From an uncultured delta proteobacterium (GTDB taxonomy: Bacteria; Desulfobacterota; Binatia; Binatales; Binataceae), in the NCBI GenBank assembly GCA_963794325.1, contig CAWCDG010000004.1, forward strand, positions 1,664,001-1,728,000: DNA of 64,000 bases, in the 5' to 3' direction. The position numbers and the translations under genes were made by a program. Each line of letters starts with the position of its first letter. Within the stretch, counting starts at the first letter, position 1. The notes under the pieces are model-generated. The model made no database searches. It had not been told where the DNA came from and was given only the letters and a program-made list of their open reading frames with translations. Below, piece after piece: positions 29,386-38,860 of the stretch.

Positions 29386-29727
29386 CTACGCCGCGAGTTT
29401 CTTCGACGGCATCTTGCAGTCGCCGTCGAATTGCGCGCCCTCGTTGAGCACCAGGCTGGGCGTGCTGATCGTGCATTGCACTCGCGCCGTTGCCATCAGC
29501 TCGACGCGCTCGCGCGCCGTCACTTCGCCGCTGAACGCTCCCGCGATCGTCACCTTGGTCGCGGAGATCCGCGCGCTCACCACCGCGCCGGTCGTGATTA
29601 CGACGTCTTCGCCGGTGATCTCGCCTTCCGCTTCGCCTTCGATTTTCACCGGGCCGCGAAAGTTGAGTTTCCCCGACGCCTTGGTGCCTTTGCCGATGCG
29701 TGATTCGAATTCTTCGTTGAGCGCCAT
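29386..29727 (-). CDS. Bactofilin (polymer-forming cytoskeletal protein)
   Basis: IGKGTKASGKLNF.GPVKIEG..LVLNEGAQFDGDCKM beta-helix pattern. Confidence 0.9.
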   Translation of the reverse strand: MALNEEFESRIGKGTKASGKLNFRGPVKIEGEAEGEITGEDVVITTGAVVSARISATKVTIAGAFSGEVTARERVELMATARVQCTISTPSLVLNEGAQFDGDCKMPSKKLAA

Positions 29728-29904
29728 AAACTGATTGCCTTTCCCGATTTGGGGTTTCACTATTGCGGGAATGCGCGCGAACACGCAATGCTCGCTCGAT
29801 GGATCGCGTATATGAACAAAACATTATGTAGTGAGCGGTAACTGGCTTGCGCTCGTCATGCCGCGTGGCGCAAGGTTTTTTTGACAAGGGGAAGCCCAAA
29901 AAAG

Positions 29905-31845
29905 ATGAATCATGAATCCAAAAATCTGCGCGAACTCGGTCCTGAACGCCGCGGCGGACAAGGACTCGATCCGCATCAATATGATTCCGGCGACGCGACC
30001 ATTCTCGCGCTGCTCGCCGAATCTCCCGCCGCCGATTTCGTCGATCTGGCGATCACGTGGCGGGCCGACGCTTACGAAGTATGGTCCCGGCGCGGGATGA
30101 TCCGATTCAAGCGCTTCGCCGACGCCCACGGCGCGTTGTCGTTCAAGGTCGTCGAACAAGTCGGCGAGAACCCAATCGCAAATCAGGATCCATTCATCGT
30201 CTCCACTATCGATGAGGAACTCGACGCCTCCGCTCGCAGCGGCAATCGCACCGACGATCCGAATCGCGCGTTCTTCGAGCCCCACGTGCTCAGCCATCCT
30301 TACGCCTACGAGCGAATCGCGCAGCTGTTCGACAGTCCGCGCGCGCCCGACTTGGTCGTCAGCCCGAAGTGTTATGCGTACGGAATTCAGCCGGGCCAGC
30401 ATGGCGCGCTCGACGTCGTGCAATGCCGCGCGCCGCTGGTGTTCAGCGGTCCGGGCATCCGCGCCGGGCTTTTCAAGCTGAATGCTCGCCAGGTCGATGT
30501 GGCGCCGACCATCGCGCGCCTCGCGGGACTCCCGAAAATCGCTGGCCTCGACAGTTCGGGATCGCCGGCCGAAGTTTATCTGAAGCGCCAGGACGGCCAG
30601 CCGCTTGACGAAATAATCGACGATGATGAGCGGCCGCGCCGCGTGTACATGTTTCTGCTCGACGGCCTTTCGCATTCTGAACTGCGGCATCAACTCGACC
30701 ACAACCGCGGCGCGATTCCGAATCTCGCCGGCCTCATCGAGCGCGGCGCGATGCTCTCGCACGGCTCGATCGTCAACTTCCCGAGCATCACGTGGCCCAG
30801 CCATTCGACGATTCTGACCGGCGCATGGTGCGGGCATCACGACGTCGTCAATCCTACTTTCCACCTGCGCGAGCATCGCGAGACTGTGCCGATCCAGGGC
30901 AACGTCTTCGAGACCGAGCGCTATCTGAATCACGATGTCGAGACGCTGTACGAGGCGTTCAAGCGCGCCGGCGGCCCCAACACGATTACTGCATCGATCC
31001 ACGAACCGCAGGGACGCGGCGCCGACCACGCGGTGTTCGAGCGGCGCATCGTCGGCGACAAGGCGCGCCTCAAAGCGCTGACGGCCGAGATGGCTTCCGA
31101 CGTGAGTCCGCGATGGGCCGCGGACAATATGCCTGGTATGACGCGCGAGGAAATCGTGGACATCCGCGGGATGGCGCAAGTGATCAACCTTTTCGAACAT
31201 TGCGACGATGAGGCGCCGGTGTTCGTCGCGCACGAGTTCGTCATCACTGACGGCAGCGGCCACGACTACGGCCCGCATCACGAGGGGATGCGCGAGGCGC
31301 TCTATCGCACCGACCGCCGAATCGGCGCGGTGCTCGATTTGTTCCGCGCGCGCGGCCTGCTCGACTCGACGCTGTTCGTCATCACCTCAGACCATGGGAT
31401 GGCGGCGCAGCGCGTCGAGCTCAAAGCCAATCCAGCACGCGAGCCGGAGCGCGCCGGAATCCAGGGCGTATTCGCCGAGCCGATGATCTACCTGCGCGAC
31501 CTGCGCGTCGAGCTCGAACGCGCCCGCGACCTGCGCAGCCTCCGAGTCACCGTGCTCGACAACGATTACCTGCCCGACGGCGAGCACCCGCCGCTCTATG
31601 GCGCACGCGTCACGATCCACGGTCGGGGCGGCGCAGTAATCGCGGAATCGCGAACGCCCGAAACCGGCCGCGTCGCATTCGCAACCCCCGCCGATATCTC
31701 TGACGCCGAGCTGACAGTGAGCATCGAGCTAAAAGGCTTCAACTCGCGCAAGTTGCGCGCCGACGGCACCTCGCTAGCCAAAGACATCCGCAGAATTCTC
31801 TACGCAAACCTCCAATCCCCTCGCCCCACGAGAGGAGAGGGTTAG
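29905..31845 (+). CDS. Alkaline phosphatase/NPP superfamily protein, apparently circularly permuted
   Basis: FLLDGL, PSITWPSH, DGSGH and SDHGM motifs, with QHG..PLVFSGPG..VDVAPT placed N-terminal to them. Confidence 0.85.
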   Translation: MNHESKNLRELGPERRGGQGLDPHQYDSGDATILALLAESPAADFVDLAITWRADAYEVWSRRGMIRFKRFADAHGALSFKVVEQVGENPIANQDPFIVSTIDEELDASARSGNRTDDPNRAFFEPHVLSHPYAYERIAQLFDSPRAPDLVVSPKCYAYGIQPGQHGALDVVQCRAPLVFSGPGIRAGLFKLNARQVDVAPTIARLAGLPKIAGLDSSGSPAEVYLKRQDGQPLDEIIDDDERPRRVYMFLLDGLSHSELRHQLDHNRGAIPNLAGLIERGAMLSHGSIVNFPSITWPSHSTILTGAWCGHHDVVNPTFHLREHRETVPIQGNVFETERYLNHDVETLYEAFKRAGGPNTITASIHEPQGRGADHAVFERRIVGDKARLKALTAEMASDVSPRWAADNMPGMTREEIVDIRGMAQVINLFEHCDDEAPVFVAHEFVITDGSGHDYGPHHEGMREALYRTDRRIGAVLDLFRARGLLDSTLFVITSDHGMAAQRVELKANPAREPERAGIQGVFAEPMIYLRDLRVELERARDLRSLRVTVLDNDYLPDGEHPPLYGARVTIHGRGGAVIAESRTPETGRVAFATPADISDAELTVSIELKGFNSRKLRADGTSLAKDIRRILYANLQSPRPTRGEG

Positions 31846-31890
31846 GGTGAGGGACATTTCTGCGGCGCAATTGTCCGGTGCGCCGCACTT
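31814..31890 (-). repeat. Family B repeat
   Basis: Reverse-complement homolog of 8934-9010; overlaps the phosphatase stop codon. Confidence 0.8.
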
Positions 31891-31894
31891 TATT

Positions 31895-31945
31895 TCCGGT
31901 TCCCCTTCCCGCGCGGACCGAAAAAAGGGGTTAGGGGTTAGGTTC
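31895..31945 (+). repeat. Family A repeat with an expanded loop
   Basis: TCCGGTTCCCCTTCCC..AAGGGGTTAGGGGTTAGGTTC. Confidence 0.85.
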
Positions 31946-31966
31946 TTGAGTAAGCCAGGTAAACCA

Positions 31967-32746
31967 ATGACAGACCTCAACAACAAAATCGCAATCGTAA
32001 CCGGCGGTACCCGCGGTCTCGGCCGCGCAATATCGATCGGCCTCGCGCGCCTCGGCGCAACTGTCGCGATGAACTATCGCCGCGACGAAGCTAGCGCCGC
32101 GAAAGCGCTCGACGAAGTCCGCGCGATTTCCCCGCGCTCGATCCTCGTCAAGGCCGACCTCGAAGACGACGCGCAGGTGCGTGCGATGGTGACGCGCGCC
32201 GCCTCCGAACTCGGCGGCCTCGACATCCTGATCGCAAACGCCGCCGCGACCGCATTCAAACCGCTGCTCGAAACCAAGCCGCACAATCTCGCGCGCACCT
32301 TCGCACTGAGCGTCAACGGATTCGTCGCCGCCGTCCAGGAAGCGAACAAGGTGATGCGCGATGGCGGCCGGGTCCTGATGATTTCCGGCATCGACTCGAT
32401 CCGCAACCTGCCCGGCCACGGCGTGCTCGGCGCCGCCAAAGCCGCGCTCGAGAGTATGGTGCGCGACTTCGCCTTCGAGCTCGGCCCGCGTGGCATCACG
32501 GTCAACGGCCTCAACGTTGGCTACATCGACACCGACTCCGCCCGCTTCTATGCGAACTACCTGGGCGACAATTACGAAGATTTCCAGCGCCGATGTGCCG
32601 AGCGCTCCGCCCTGAAACGCCTCCCAACCCTCGACGAGATCGCAGCAGTTGCCTGCCTGCTCTGCCTCCCCGCCGCCAGCTACCTAACCGCGCAGACGAT
32701 CATGGTGGACGGCGGCTTCACCTTGAGTTTCCCCGGCGTGAAGTGA
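31967..32746 (+). CDS. SDR oxidoreductase, FabL-like enoyl-ACP reductase type
   Basis: VTGGTRGLG, ANAAATAFKP, GAAKAALE and VDGG motifs. Confidence 0.85.
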   Translation: MTDLNNKIAIVTGGTRGLGRAISIGLARLGATVAMNYRRDEASAAKALDEVRAISPRSILVKADLEDDAQVRAMVTRAASELGGLDILIANAAATAFKPLLETKPHNLARTFALSVNGFVAAVQEANKVMRDGGRVLMISGIDSIRNLPGHGVLGAAKAALESMVRDFAFELGPRGITVNGLNVGYIDTDSARFYANYLGDNYEDFQRRCAERSALKRLPTLDEIAAVACLLCLPAASYLTAQTIMVDGGFTLSFPGVK

Positions 32747-32769
32747 TTACCCCGCTCGGTCTGGCGGTT

Positions 32770-33222
32770 TCATGATGCGGATTTGCTCTTTGCGATCGCG
32801 TCGGCGGCGGCTCCGACTGCCTTCCAGCCTTCGGGTGGGATGTAGTTCATCTCGAGACGCGTGCCGTCCGGATCTTCGAAGACTACCGAATAGTAGCCGG
32901 GCCAGAACGGGCCTGGCTCTGCGGGATAAATGATCTTCGCACCGATTTCTTTGAGCATCGCGTAGCACGAATCGACCTCGTCGCGGCTGCGCGCTCGAAA
33001 TGACAGGTGATGCAATCCGGTGCGCCATTGCGAAAATCGATCGCCCGCCGGCGCCGCATGTCCCATCACAAACATGTACTCGTCCGCGCACCATCCCACG
33101 CCGAGCGGCGACTCGTAGTAGCGGCGCATCCCGATGTGCGTCATCAGGCGATCGTAAAATTTCAGGCACGCCTCGTAGTTGCTGACCGTCAGCGTGACAT
33201 GCGCAAATCCTGCAAACTCCAT
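32770..33222 (-). CDS. VOC/glyoxalase family protein
   Basis: HVTLTVS, GLHHLSF and FEDPDGTRLE motifs. Confidence 0.9.
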   Translation of the reverse strand: MEFAGFAHVTLTVSNYEACLKFYDRLMTHIGMRRYYESPLGVGWCADEYMFVMGHAAPAGDRFSQWRTGLHHLSFRARSRDEVDSCYAMLKEIGAKIIYPAEPGPFWPGYYSVVFEDPDGTRLEMNYIPPEGWKAVGAAADAIAKSKSAS

Positions 33223-33232
33223 TTTCAGCACC

Positions 33233-34000
33233 TTAGCCGCGAGCGGCGGTCGCAATCCGGATATTGCCCCATTTGCCGACTGCGCCCTGCCCGTGGCATG
33301 ACACGCTGCCCTTGCCCGGCGCTATATCCTTTTCGCTCATCAGGCCGAGCGCGAGCGTGCACGGCCCCAGCTTGAACGGGACGTTGGAATACTGGCGCAC
33401 CTGCTTGCCGTCAACCGAGAAGGTCACGCGGTCGGCAGCGGAGTCGTACGCGATTTCAAGGTGATGGAGCCGGCCGGGCGCGCTCGCGTCGCGAATCTCC
33501 TCGAACAGGCAGAAGTGCCTCGGGCCGTGCGCCGGATCGACGATCGGCACTCCCGGAAATGGCAGCTTGCCGTACACCGTCGCGATCGTTTCGTTGCCAA
33601 CGAAGAAATCGAGCGCTGCGCCAGTCGAAAAATCGAGCACGTTGAATGAAACGAAACCGTCGTAGAGATCGCCGGGCGCGCCATCAATGATCGTCGCGGC
33701 GAGATCGATCGAAAATGTAATCGTGCCGCCGTCGGGGCATGCGAAGGTGCGCGTGCTGAAATACATGTGCTTTGCGTTATCCAGAAACTGGATCTTGTCG
33801 TGTCCGCGCGTGTACGGCATCGCAGCGACGCGCAGAAATCCGTCCTGCACGATCACGACCGCGTCGGGCTCGCGATATTGCCAGAAGCCGCCGTCAGGCA
33901 ACGGGAATCCTGCGAGCATCCAGTCGCCCTCACCGGTGACGGCCGACGCGAAGTTGGAGTATTCGATCACCTGGTTGGCGGATGGGGAGGACTTACTCAT
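33233..34000 (-). CDS. DUF6081-like beta-sandwich protein
   Basis: YREPDA, LDNAKHMYFS and lectin-like FSVDGKQV strands; family name from recall only. Confidence 0.6.
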   Translation of the reverse strand: MSKSSPSANQVIEYSNFASAVTGEGDWMLAGFPLPDGGFWQYREPDAVVIVQDGFLRVAAMPYTRGHDKIQFLDNAKHMYFSTRTFACPDGGTITFSIDLAATIIDGAPGDLYDGFVSFNVLDFSTGAALDFFVGNETIATVYGKLPFPGVPIVDPAHGPRHFCLFEEIRDASAPGRLHHLEIAYDSAADRVTFSVDGKQVRQYSNVPFKLGPCTLALGLMSEKDIAPGKGSVSCHGQGAVGKWGNIRIATAARG

Positions 34001-34030
34001 GCGAGAGAAGATACTGAATACGGAATATTG

Positions 34031-34218
34031 AATCACCTGCGCGGTGGGCGGCAGGGGTGACCCCTGCACCCAGTATCTACACCGAAACGCCCTGCGGACA
34101 GGTCTTTTCGAAAAACTTCTAACAGAGGCCCTACGAGTACTCAGGGTAAACTCCGCCCCGCATCTTGAATGGATACCGGGTGCAGGGGTCACCCCTGCCG
34201 CCCACCGCGCAGGTGATT
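34031..34218. repeat. MITE/REPIN-like element with 47-bp terminal inverted repeats (family E core)
   Basis: Arms 34031-34077 and 34172-34218 differ at one base and contain GGCAGGGGTGACCCCTGCACCC. Confidence 0.88.
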
Positions 34219-34280
34219 GTGTGGATGATTGCGCTGATCCGCGCGTGGCGAAAGAATGGGTCGGTAGCAGGAGGTTATCA

Positions 34281-34715
34281 ATGGCGCAGCAAACTAAAGA
34301 TTCCGACCGGGCCCGGCAGGCCGATCAGGAAAAGCATCACGCCAGGCATCCCCACAATGAGAATATTTTGGCGCAAGGCGGATTGATTGCGGTCGATGTC
34401 CGCGCGGAGATCGTGCGGCTCAAGGGCGAGCCCGCGTGGGCCGGCAACGATCGGCATGGCAGTTCGCTGGTCAAGGGCGACGGGATCAACGTCGCGCTGA
34501 TTGTGCTGAAGAAGGGGGCGAAGATGCAGGAGCATCACACGCGAGCGCCGATCACCGTGCATGTGATCGAGGGCCGGATCAATTTTGTCGCGAACAGCAA
34601 GACCCAGCCTGTAACGGCAGGGATAGTCGTCGCGCTGGATCGTGGAATCGAGCACTCGATCGAGGCGGTCGAGGAGAGTGCGCTCGTGCTGACGGTCGGC
34701 GGAGAGCAGATGTAG
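34281..34715 (+). CDS. Cupin domain protein
   Basis: EHHTRAPITVHVIEG..IEHSIEA; AGGAGG RBS. Confidence 0.85.
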   Translation: MAQQTKDSDRARQADQEKHHARHPHNENILAQGGLIAVDVRAEIVRLKGEPAWAGNDRHGSSLVKGDGINVALIVLKKGAKMQEHHTRAPITVHVIEGRINFVANSKTQPVTAGIVVALDRGIEHSIEAVEESALVLTVGGEQM

Positions 34716-35492
34716 GTGGCGCTGTACGACCGGATTGGAGTTGGATACGACACGACGCGCCAAGCCGATCCGTACCTGCTGTCGCGACTGATTCATCATC
34801 TGCGCCCTCGAGCGAGCGGGCGCTACCTCGACATCGGATCGGGCACCGGGAATTACACGATCGCGATGCATCAGGCGGGCGTGCCGATTCGCGGACTGGA
34901 GCTGTCGGCGACGATGCTCGCGCGGGCGAAGGAGAAGTGTCCGGCGATTGCGTGGCACAACGGACGCGCGGAGGCGATTCCGTTCGCGTCGGGCAGTTTC
35001 GAGGGCGCGACCTGCACCTTCGTGCATCATCATATGGCGGACCCAGTCGCGGCGTTCAAGGAAGTCCATCGCGTGCTGAGGCCGGGTGCGCGATTCGTGA
35101 TTCTCAACGGCACCGCGGAGCAGATGCGCCATTACTGGCTCAACGAATATTTCCCGCGCATGATGGAAAAGGCGACGGCGCCGTATCTGCGATTCGTCAC
35201 GATCGACTTGCTCGAGGCGGCGGGTTTCCGAATCGCGTGTGAGGAGAAATACGATGTCACGCCTGACCTGAAAGATTTTTTTCTCTGTTGCGGAAAGCTC
35301 CAACCCGAGCGGTACCTGGACCCGGGCATCCGAAGCGGAATATCGAGTTTCGCCGACGCTCCCGATCAGGACGAAATCGCGCGCGGCGTTCAGCGAATCG
35401 CCGAGGACATCGAGTCGGGGCGCATCAACGACGTGATTCGAAAGTTCGCCTATGACGGCGGCGACTACATGTTCACAGTCGCGGCGAGATAG
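34716..35492 (+). CDS. Class I SAM-dependent methyltransferase
   Basis: YDRIGVGYD, LDIGSGTGNY, AEAIPF and RVLRPG motifs. Confidence 0.9.
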   Translation: MALYDRIGVGYDTTRQADPYLLSRLIHHLRPRASGRYLDIGSGTGNYTIAMHQAGVPIRGLELSATMLARAKEKCPAIAWHNGRAEAIPFASGSFEGATCTFVHHHMADPVAAFKEVHRVLRPGARFVILNGTAEQMRHYWLNEYFPRMMEKATAPYLRFVTIDLLEAAGFRIACEEKYDVTPDLKDFFLCCGKLQPERYLDPGIRSGISSFADAPDQDEIARGVQRIAEDIESGRINDVIRKFAYDGGDYMFTVAAR

Positions 35493-35500
35493 ATCGGTTC

Positions 35501-36286
35501 CTACACCCGCGCGCGGATTGCGCCGTCCACTGCGATCGATTCTCCGGTTACGAAGCCTGCGGCGGGAGAACACAAATAGAGCAGGGCGCCGCCGAGTTCT
35601 TCGGGCTTCACCAGACGGTTGTCGGGCAGGTACTTGAGCAGGGTCTTGCTGAACTCGTCGTCCTTGCTCGCGGGACTCGATTCGTCGTCGAGCCATCCGG
35701 CTTCGATCGCGTTGACGCGGATACCTTTGCGAGCCCACTCGAGCGCAAGTGCGCGCGTCAGATTCAGGACGGCCGCCTTCGCCGCGCAGTACAGCGCCGC
35801 GTTGGGGACGCCGCGCTCCGCCAGCACCGACGTGATATTGACGATGACGCCGCCGCCTCGCGTGAGCATCACGCGCGCGCCCTCCTGACACGACATCCAC
35901 ACCGTCTTCAGATTGTTCTCCATGATCTTGTCGAACTTTGTGTCGTCGCCGGCTTCTGCCGGTCCAAAGGCGGGCGCATCGAGCGCGTTGACGACGATGT
36001 GCAACCCGCCGAGCTCCTTCGCGGCCAGGTCGGCAGTGGCGGACACATCGGCGCGAGTCGCCGCGTCCTGCACGCGAACGACGGCCTTGCTTCCAGCCGA
36101 AGTCACCAGCTTGGCGATTTCCTTGAGTTGCTTGTCGGTGCCGGGCTCCTGCGAAGCGAGCACGATTTTTGCGCCGGCCTCGGCGAGAGCGACTGCCGCG
36201 GCGCGGCCTATGGCATGCTCGGCGCCAACGACCAGCGCGCCTTTGCCTTCGAGGGAGAAGTCATTCGATGAGTTCGAGGAGGCCAT
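35501..36286 (-). CDS. SDR oxidoreductase
   Basis: YCAAK catalytic motif, GIRVNAI and TGESIAVDG; degenerate GAEHAIG Rossmann loop. Confidence 0.85.
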   Translation of the reverse strand: MASSNSSNDFSLEGKGALVVGAEHAIGRAAAVALAEAGAKIVLASQEPGTDKQLKEIAKLVTSAGSKAVVRVQDAATRADVSATADLAAKELGGLHIVVNALDAPAFGPAEAGDDTKFDKIMENNLKTVWMSCQEGARVMLTRGGGVIVNITSVLAERGVPNAALYCAAKAAVLNLTRALALEWARKGIRVNAIEAGWLDDESSPASKDDEFSKTLLKYLPDNRLVKPEELGGALLYLCSPAAGFVTGESIAVDGAIRARV

Positions 36287-36318
36287 TTTTAGCTCCGCTG
36301 TTTTCTGACTTTTTCACG

Positions 36319-37113
36319 CTAGTGCGAAGTTTCCGGCGACACTCCGGTCGGCGCGATTCCGCCCGCGAGGCCGCCGCCGTCGATCGCAACCATTTCGCCA
36401 TTGATGTGGTTGGACGCATCGGAGGCGAGGAACACGGCGAGCGGACCGAGTTCGCTGTCCTCGCCGACGCGCCCGAGAGGAATAAATTTGCCGCCCTTGA
36501 AAAACTGCAACATCTCTTCGTTGTGCGGGAAGACGCCGGGCACGATGCAATTGGTCTGGATGTTGAACTGCGCGTAGGTCAGCGCCATCGAGCGCGTCAA
36601 CTGGATGGTGCCGCCCTTGGCGCACGCGTACATGAAGTTGTGCTTGCCGCCGCGGAGCGCATAGCCCGACGCGATGTTGATGATCTTGCCGCGCTTTTGC
36701 TTGACCATCTGCGGAGCGACCGCACGACATCCGTAGAACTGGCTGGTGAGATTGGTGTCGATGCCGCGGCGCCAATCTTCGTCGGAAATTTCCGGGAGCT
36801 GCTTTCCCGCTCCGCCGTCGCCGCCGCCGGCATTGTTAATCAGGATGTCGATTTTGCCGAACTCTTTGATCGTCGCCTCGGCCAGTGCGTTCACCTGCGC
36901 CGAGATTGTCACATCGGTTGGCACGATGAGGCACTTGCGCCCGGTTTTTTTGACCGCTTCGGCAGTCTCTTCGAGTTGCGATTGAGTGCGGGCCGCTGCG
37001 ACGATATCGGCGCCCGTCTCGGCGAACTTCACTGCCATCGCACGGCCGAGTCCGCGGCCGGCGCCGGTGATGATGGCGACTTTTCCGTCAAGCTTGAAAG
37101 AATCCAGAATCAT
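36319..37113 (-). CDS. SDR oxidoreductase
   Basis: TGAGRGLG, NNAG, YACAK and IDGG motifs. Confidence 0.92.
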   Translation of the reverse strand: MILDSFKLDGKVAIITGAGRGLGRAMAVKFAETGADIVAAARTQSQLEETAEAVKKTGRKCLIVPTDVTISAQVNALAEATIKEFGKIDILINNAGGGDGGAGKQLPEISDEDWRRGIDTNLTSQFYGCRAVAPQMVKQKRGKIINIASGYALRGGKHNFMYACAKGGTIQLTRSMALTYAQFNIQTNCIVPGVFPHNEEMLQFFKGGKFIPLGRVGEDSELGPLAVFLASDASNHINGEMVAIDGGGLAGGIAPTGVSPETSH

Positions 37114-37239
37114 TGCGTCACCTCAACCAGGCCTGGCGCAGTTCTTCTAGCTCAATAACATAGCTGCGCCGTTGCGGAAAATGCGGTTTTGACGCGCGCT
37201 CAAGCGCGGGTCCTATATTGAGGTCAGGAGGATCGAGCA

Positions 37240-37857
37240 ATGGCGCTGAAGATCGTGATGTTCTCGGACTACATCTGTCCGTTCTGCTACGTCGGCTTCG
37301 AAACGATGCGGCGGCTGAAGCCGGAATTCGATTTCCAACTCGAATGGCGCGGCTTTCAGATTCATCCCGATTGGCCCGCCGAAGGAATGCCAGCCGAGAA
37401 GTTTCGTGAAGGGGGCGACGCGGCAGCGCGGCATGCGACCTGGCAGCGGATAGTCGCGATGGCCGATGCGGTGGGATTTTCGATCAAGCCGCCGACCGTT
37501 ATTACCAACTCGCGTGCTGCGTTGGCGGCCACCGAATTTGCGCGCGAGTCGGGCCGCGACGAGGCGCTCGAGGAGCGAATCTACCGCGCGTACTTCAATG
37601 ACGGCGAGAATATCGGCGATGCGAGTGTCGTCGCGCGGCTGGCCGGAGAAGCTGGACTCGATGCGGGCGAGGTTGCCGATGCGATCAAATCGCCGAAGTA
37701 CGAGATGCGGCTGAAAAACAATTCACTCGCGGCACATCAGCGCGGAGTCAGCGGAGTTCCGACCTTCTTCATCGGCGAGTATCCGCTGGTCGGCGCGCAA
37801 AGCCTCGACGCGATGCGCGCGATCCTCAAACGCGCGACCGAAAGATTCGCGAGCTGA
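37240..37857 (+). CDS. DsbA/FrnE family oxidoreductase
   Basis: SDYICPFC and GVSGVPTF, ending GAQ. Confidence 0.9.
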   Translation: MALKIVMFSDYICPFCYVGFETMRRLKPEFDFQLEWRGFQIHPDWPAEGMPAEKFREGGDAAARHATWQRIVAMADAVGFSIKPPTVITNSRAALAATEFARESGRDEALEERIYRAYFNDGENIGDASVVARLAGEAGLDAGEVADAIKSPKYEMRLKNNSLAAHQRGVSGVPTFFIGEYPLVGAQSLDAMRAILKRATERFAS

Positions 37858-37867
37858 CGGCGACACT

Positions 37868-37964
37868 ATTGAATGTGAAACCCTCCGCGGGTTTCACGCT
37901 TCCGCGGCAGGGGTGACCCCTGCACCCAGTATTAAGAAAAGATGCGGGACTTCGTCCCTGTTAG
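37868..37964 (-). repeat. Family E repeat
   Basis: Inverted copy of 29273-29369. Confidence 0.9.
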
Positions 37965-37975
37965 AACTCTTTTTT

Positions 37976-38080
37976 GTGTCATTCTAGAGCGAAGCGAAGA
38001 ATCCCGGATCTTTTCTTGCCTCTCACTATCAGGGAGAGGCCGACGCGCGTCCGCGCGCGTCGGGTGAGGGTCCAAATTCC
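37976..38080. repeat. Family D half-unit plus family C repeat
   Basis: TGTGTCATTCTAGAGCGAAGCGAAGAATC, then CCTCTC..GAGAGGCCGACGCGCG..CGCGCGTCGGGTGAGGG. Confidence 0.7.
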
Positions 38081-38092
38081 TGATTCTTCAGC

Positions 38093-38794
38093 TCACGTGC
38101 GGTGACGCGCGATGTACATGCCGCGCCCCATAAGGCCTTCGGTGTCGTAGCGGACGTCCATGTTCGCTGATTCGAATGCGCGCGTCATTTCTTCGCGCGT
38201 GAACAGGCCGAGCTCTAGCCGCTCGCTGTAGTGCTCGATGCCTGAAGAGGTGCTCCTGAGATAATGCATGAGGACGACAGACAGATTGCCCTCACGCCCG
38301 CTCAGGCTCATGCGGCAGACTTTGTCCGGGCCGATTTCGCCGGCGTGAATGAAAGGATGGCTGGGTTTCCACGCATCCGGAGTAATCCAGGGTTCAACGA
38401 TCAGCACACCGCCGGGCTTTACGTGACGCGCCATGCATGCGACTGCGCGATTCATCCGGTCGACCGTTTTCACATAGCCGATCGCGCTGAACAGGCATGT
38501 CACAGCGTCGTAAGTCGTCGCCAGATCGAAATCAGTCATGTCGGCGCGGGTGTACCGGCCCGCGGGATTCTTCGCGCGCGCGGCGCGCAAATATTCTTCG
38601 TTGAGATCGACGCCGTCGACTGAGTAATGACTCTTCAGGAATTTGTCGTGCTGACCGGTGCCGCACGCGACGTCGAGAATCGTGCGCGCTCCCGGCGCGG
38701 CGACCGCAATCACGGCGCGCAAAATCTCGCATTCGTGTGCGTAGTTCTTGAAGTGATAGATGGCGTCGTAGAGCTCGGGACTTTCGAGGAACAT
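38093..38794 (-). CDS. Class I SAM-dependent methyltransferase (TylM1/DesVI-like)
   Basis: LYDAIY, LDVACGTG, DAVTCLFSAIGY and VEPW motifs. Confidence 0.88.
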   Translation of the reverse strand: MFLESPELYDAIYHFKNYAHECEILRAVIAVAAPGARTILDVACGTGQHDKFLKSHYSVDGVDLNEEYLRAARAKNPAGRYTRADMTDFDLATTYDAVTCLFSAIGYVKTVDRMNRAVACMARHVKPGGVLIVEPWITPDAWKPSHPFIHAGEIGPDKVCRMSLSGREGNLSVVLMHYLRSTSSGIEHYSERLELGLFTREEMTRAFESANMDVRYDTEGLMGRGMYIARHRT

Positions 38795-38860
38795 CGCGTC
38801 AGCTTAGCGATTTCGCGGGGCGGATTCACCGACGCGCAGTGTGGTAAGAATCTTGGTGGG

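Noticed and set aside
29824-31281. 485-aa minus-strand ORF (similarly 17879-19291, 34278-35900, 52052-53251 and 57132-58694)
   Set aside because: Each lies antisense to motif-supported genes.
34001-34280. ORF extensions through repeats (to 34192 and 34044; also 11680, 31847 and 40803)
   Set aside because: They are translations of palindromic repeats; better starts lie downstream.
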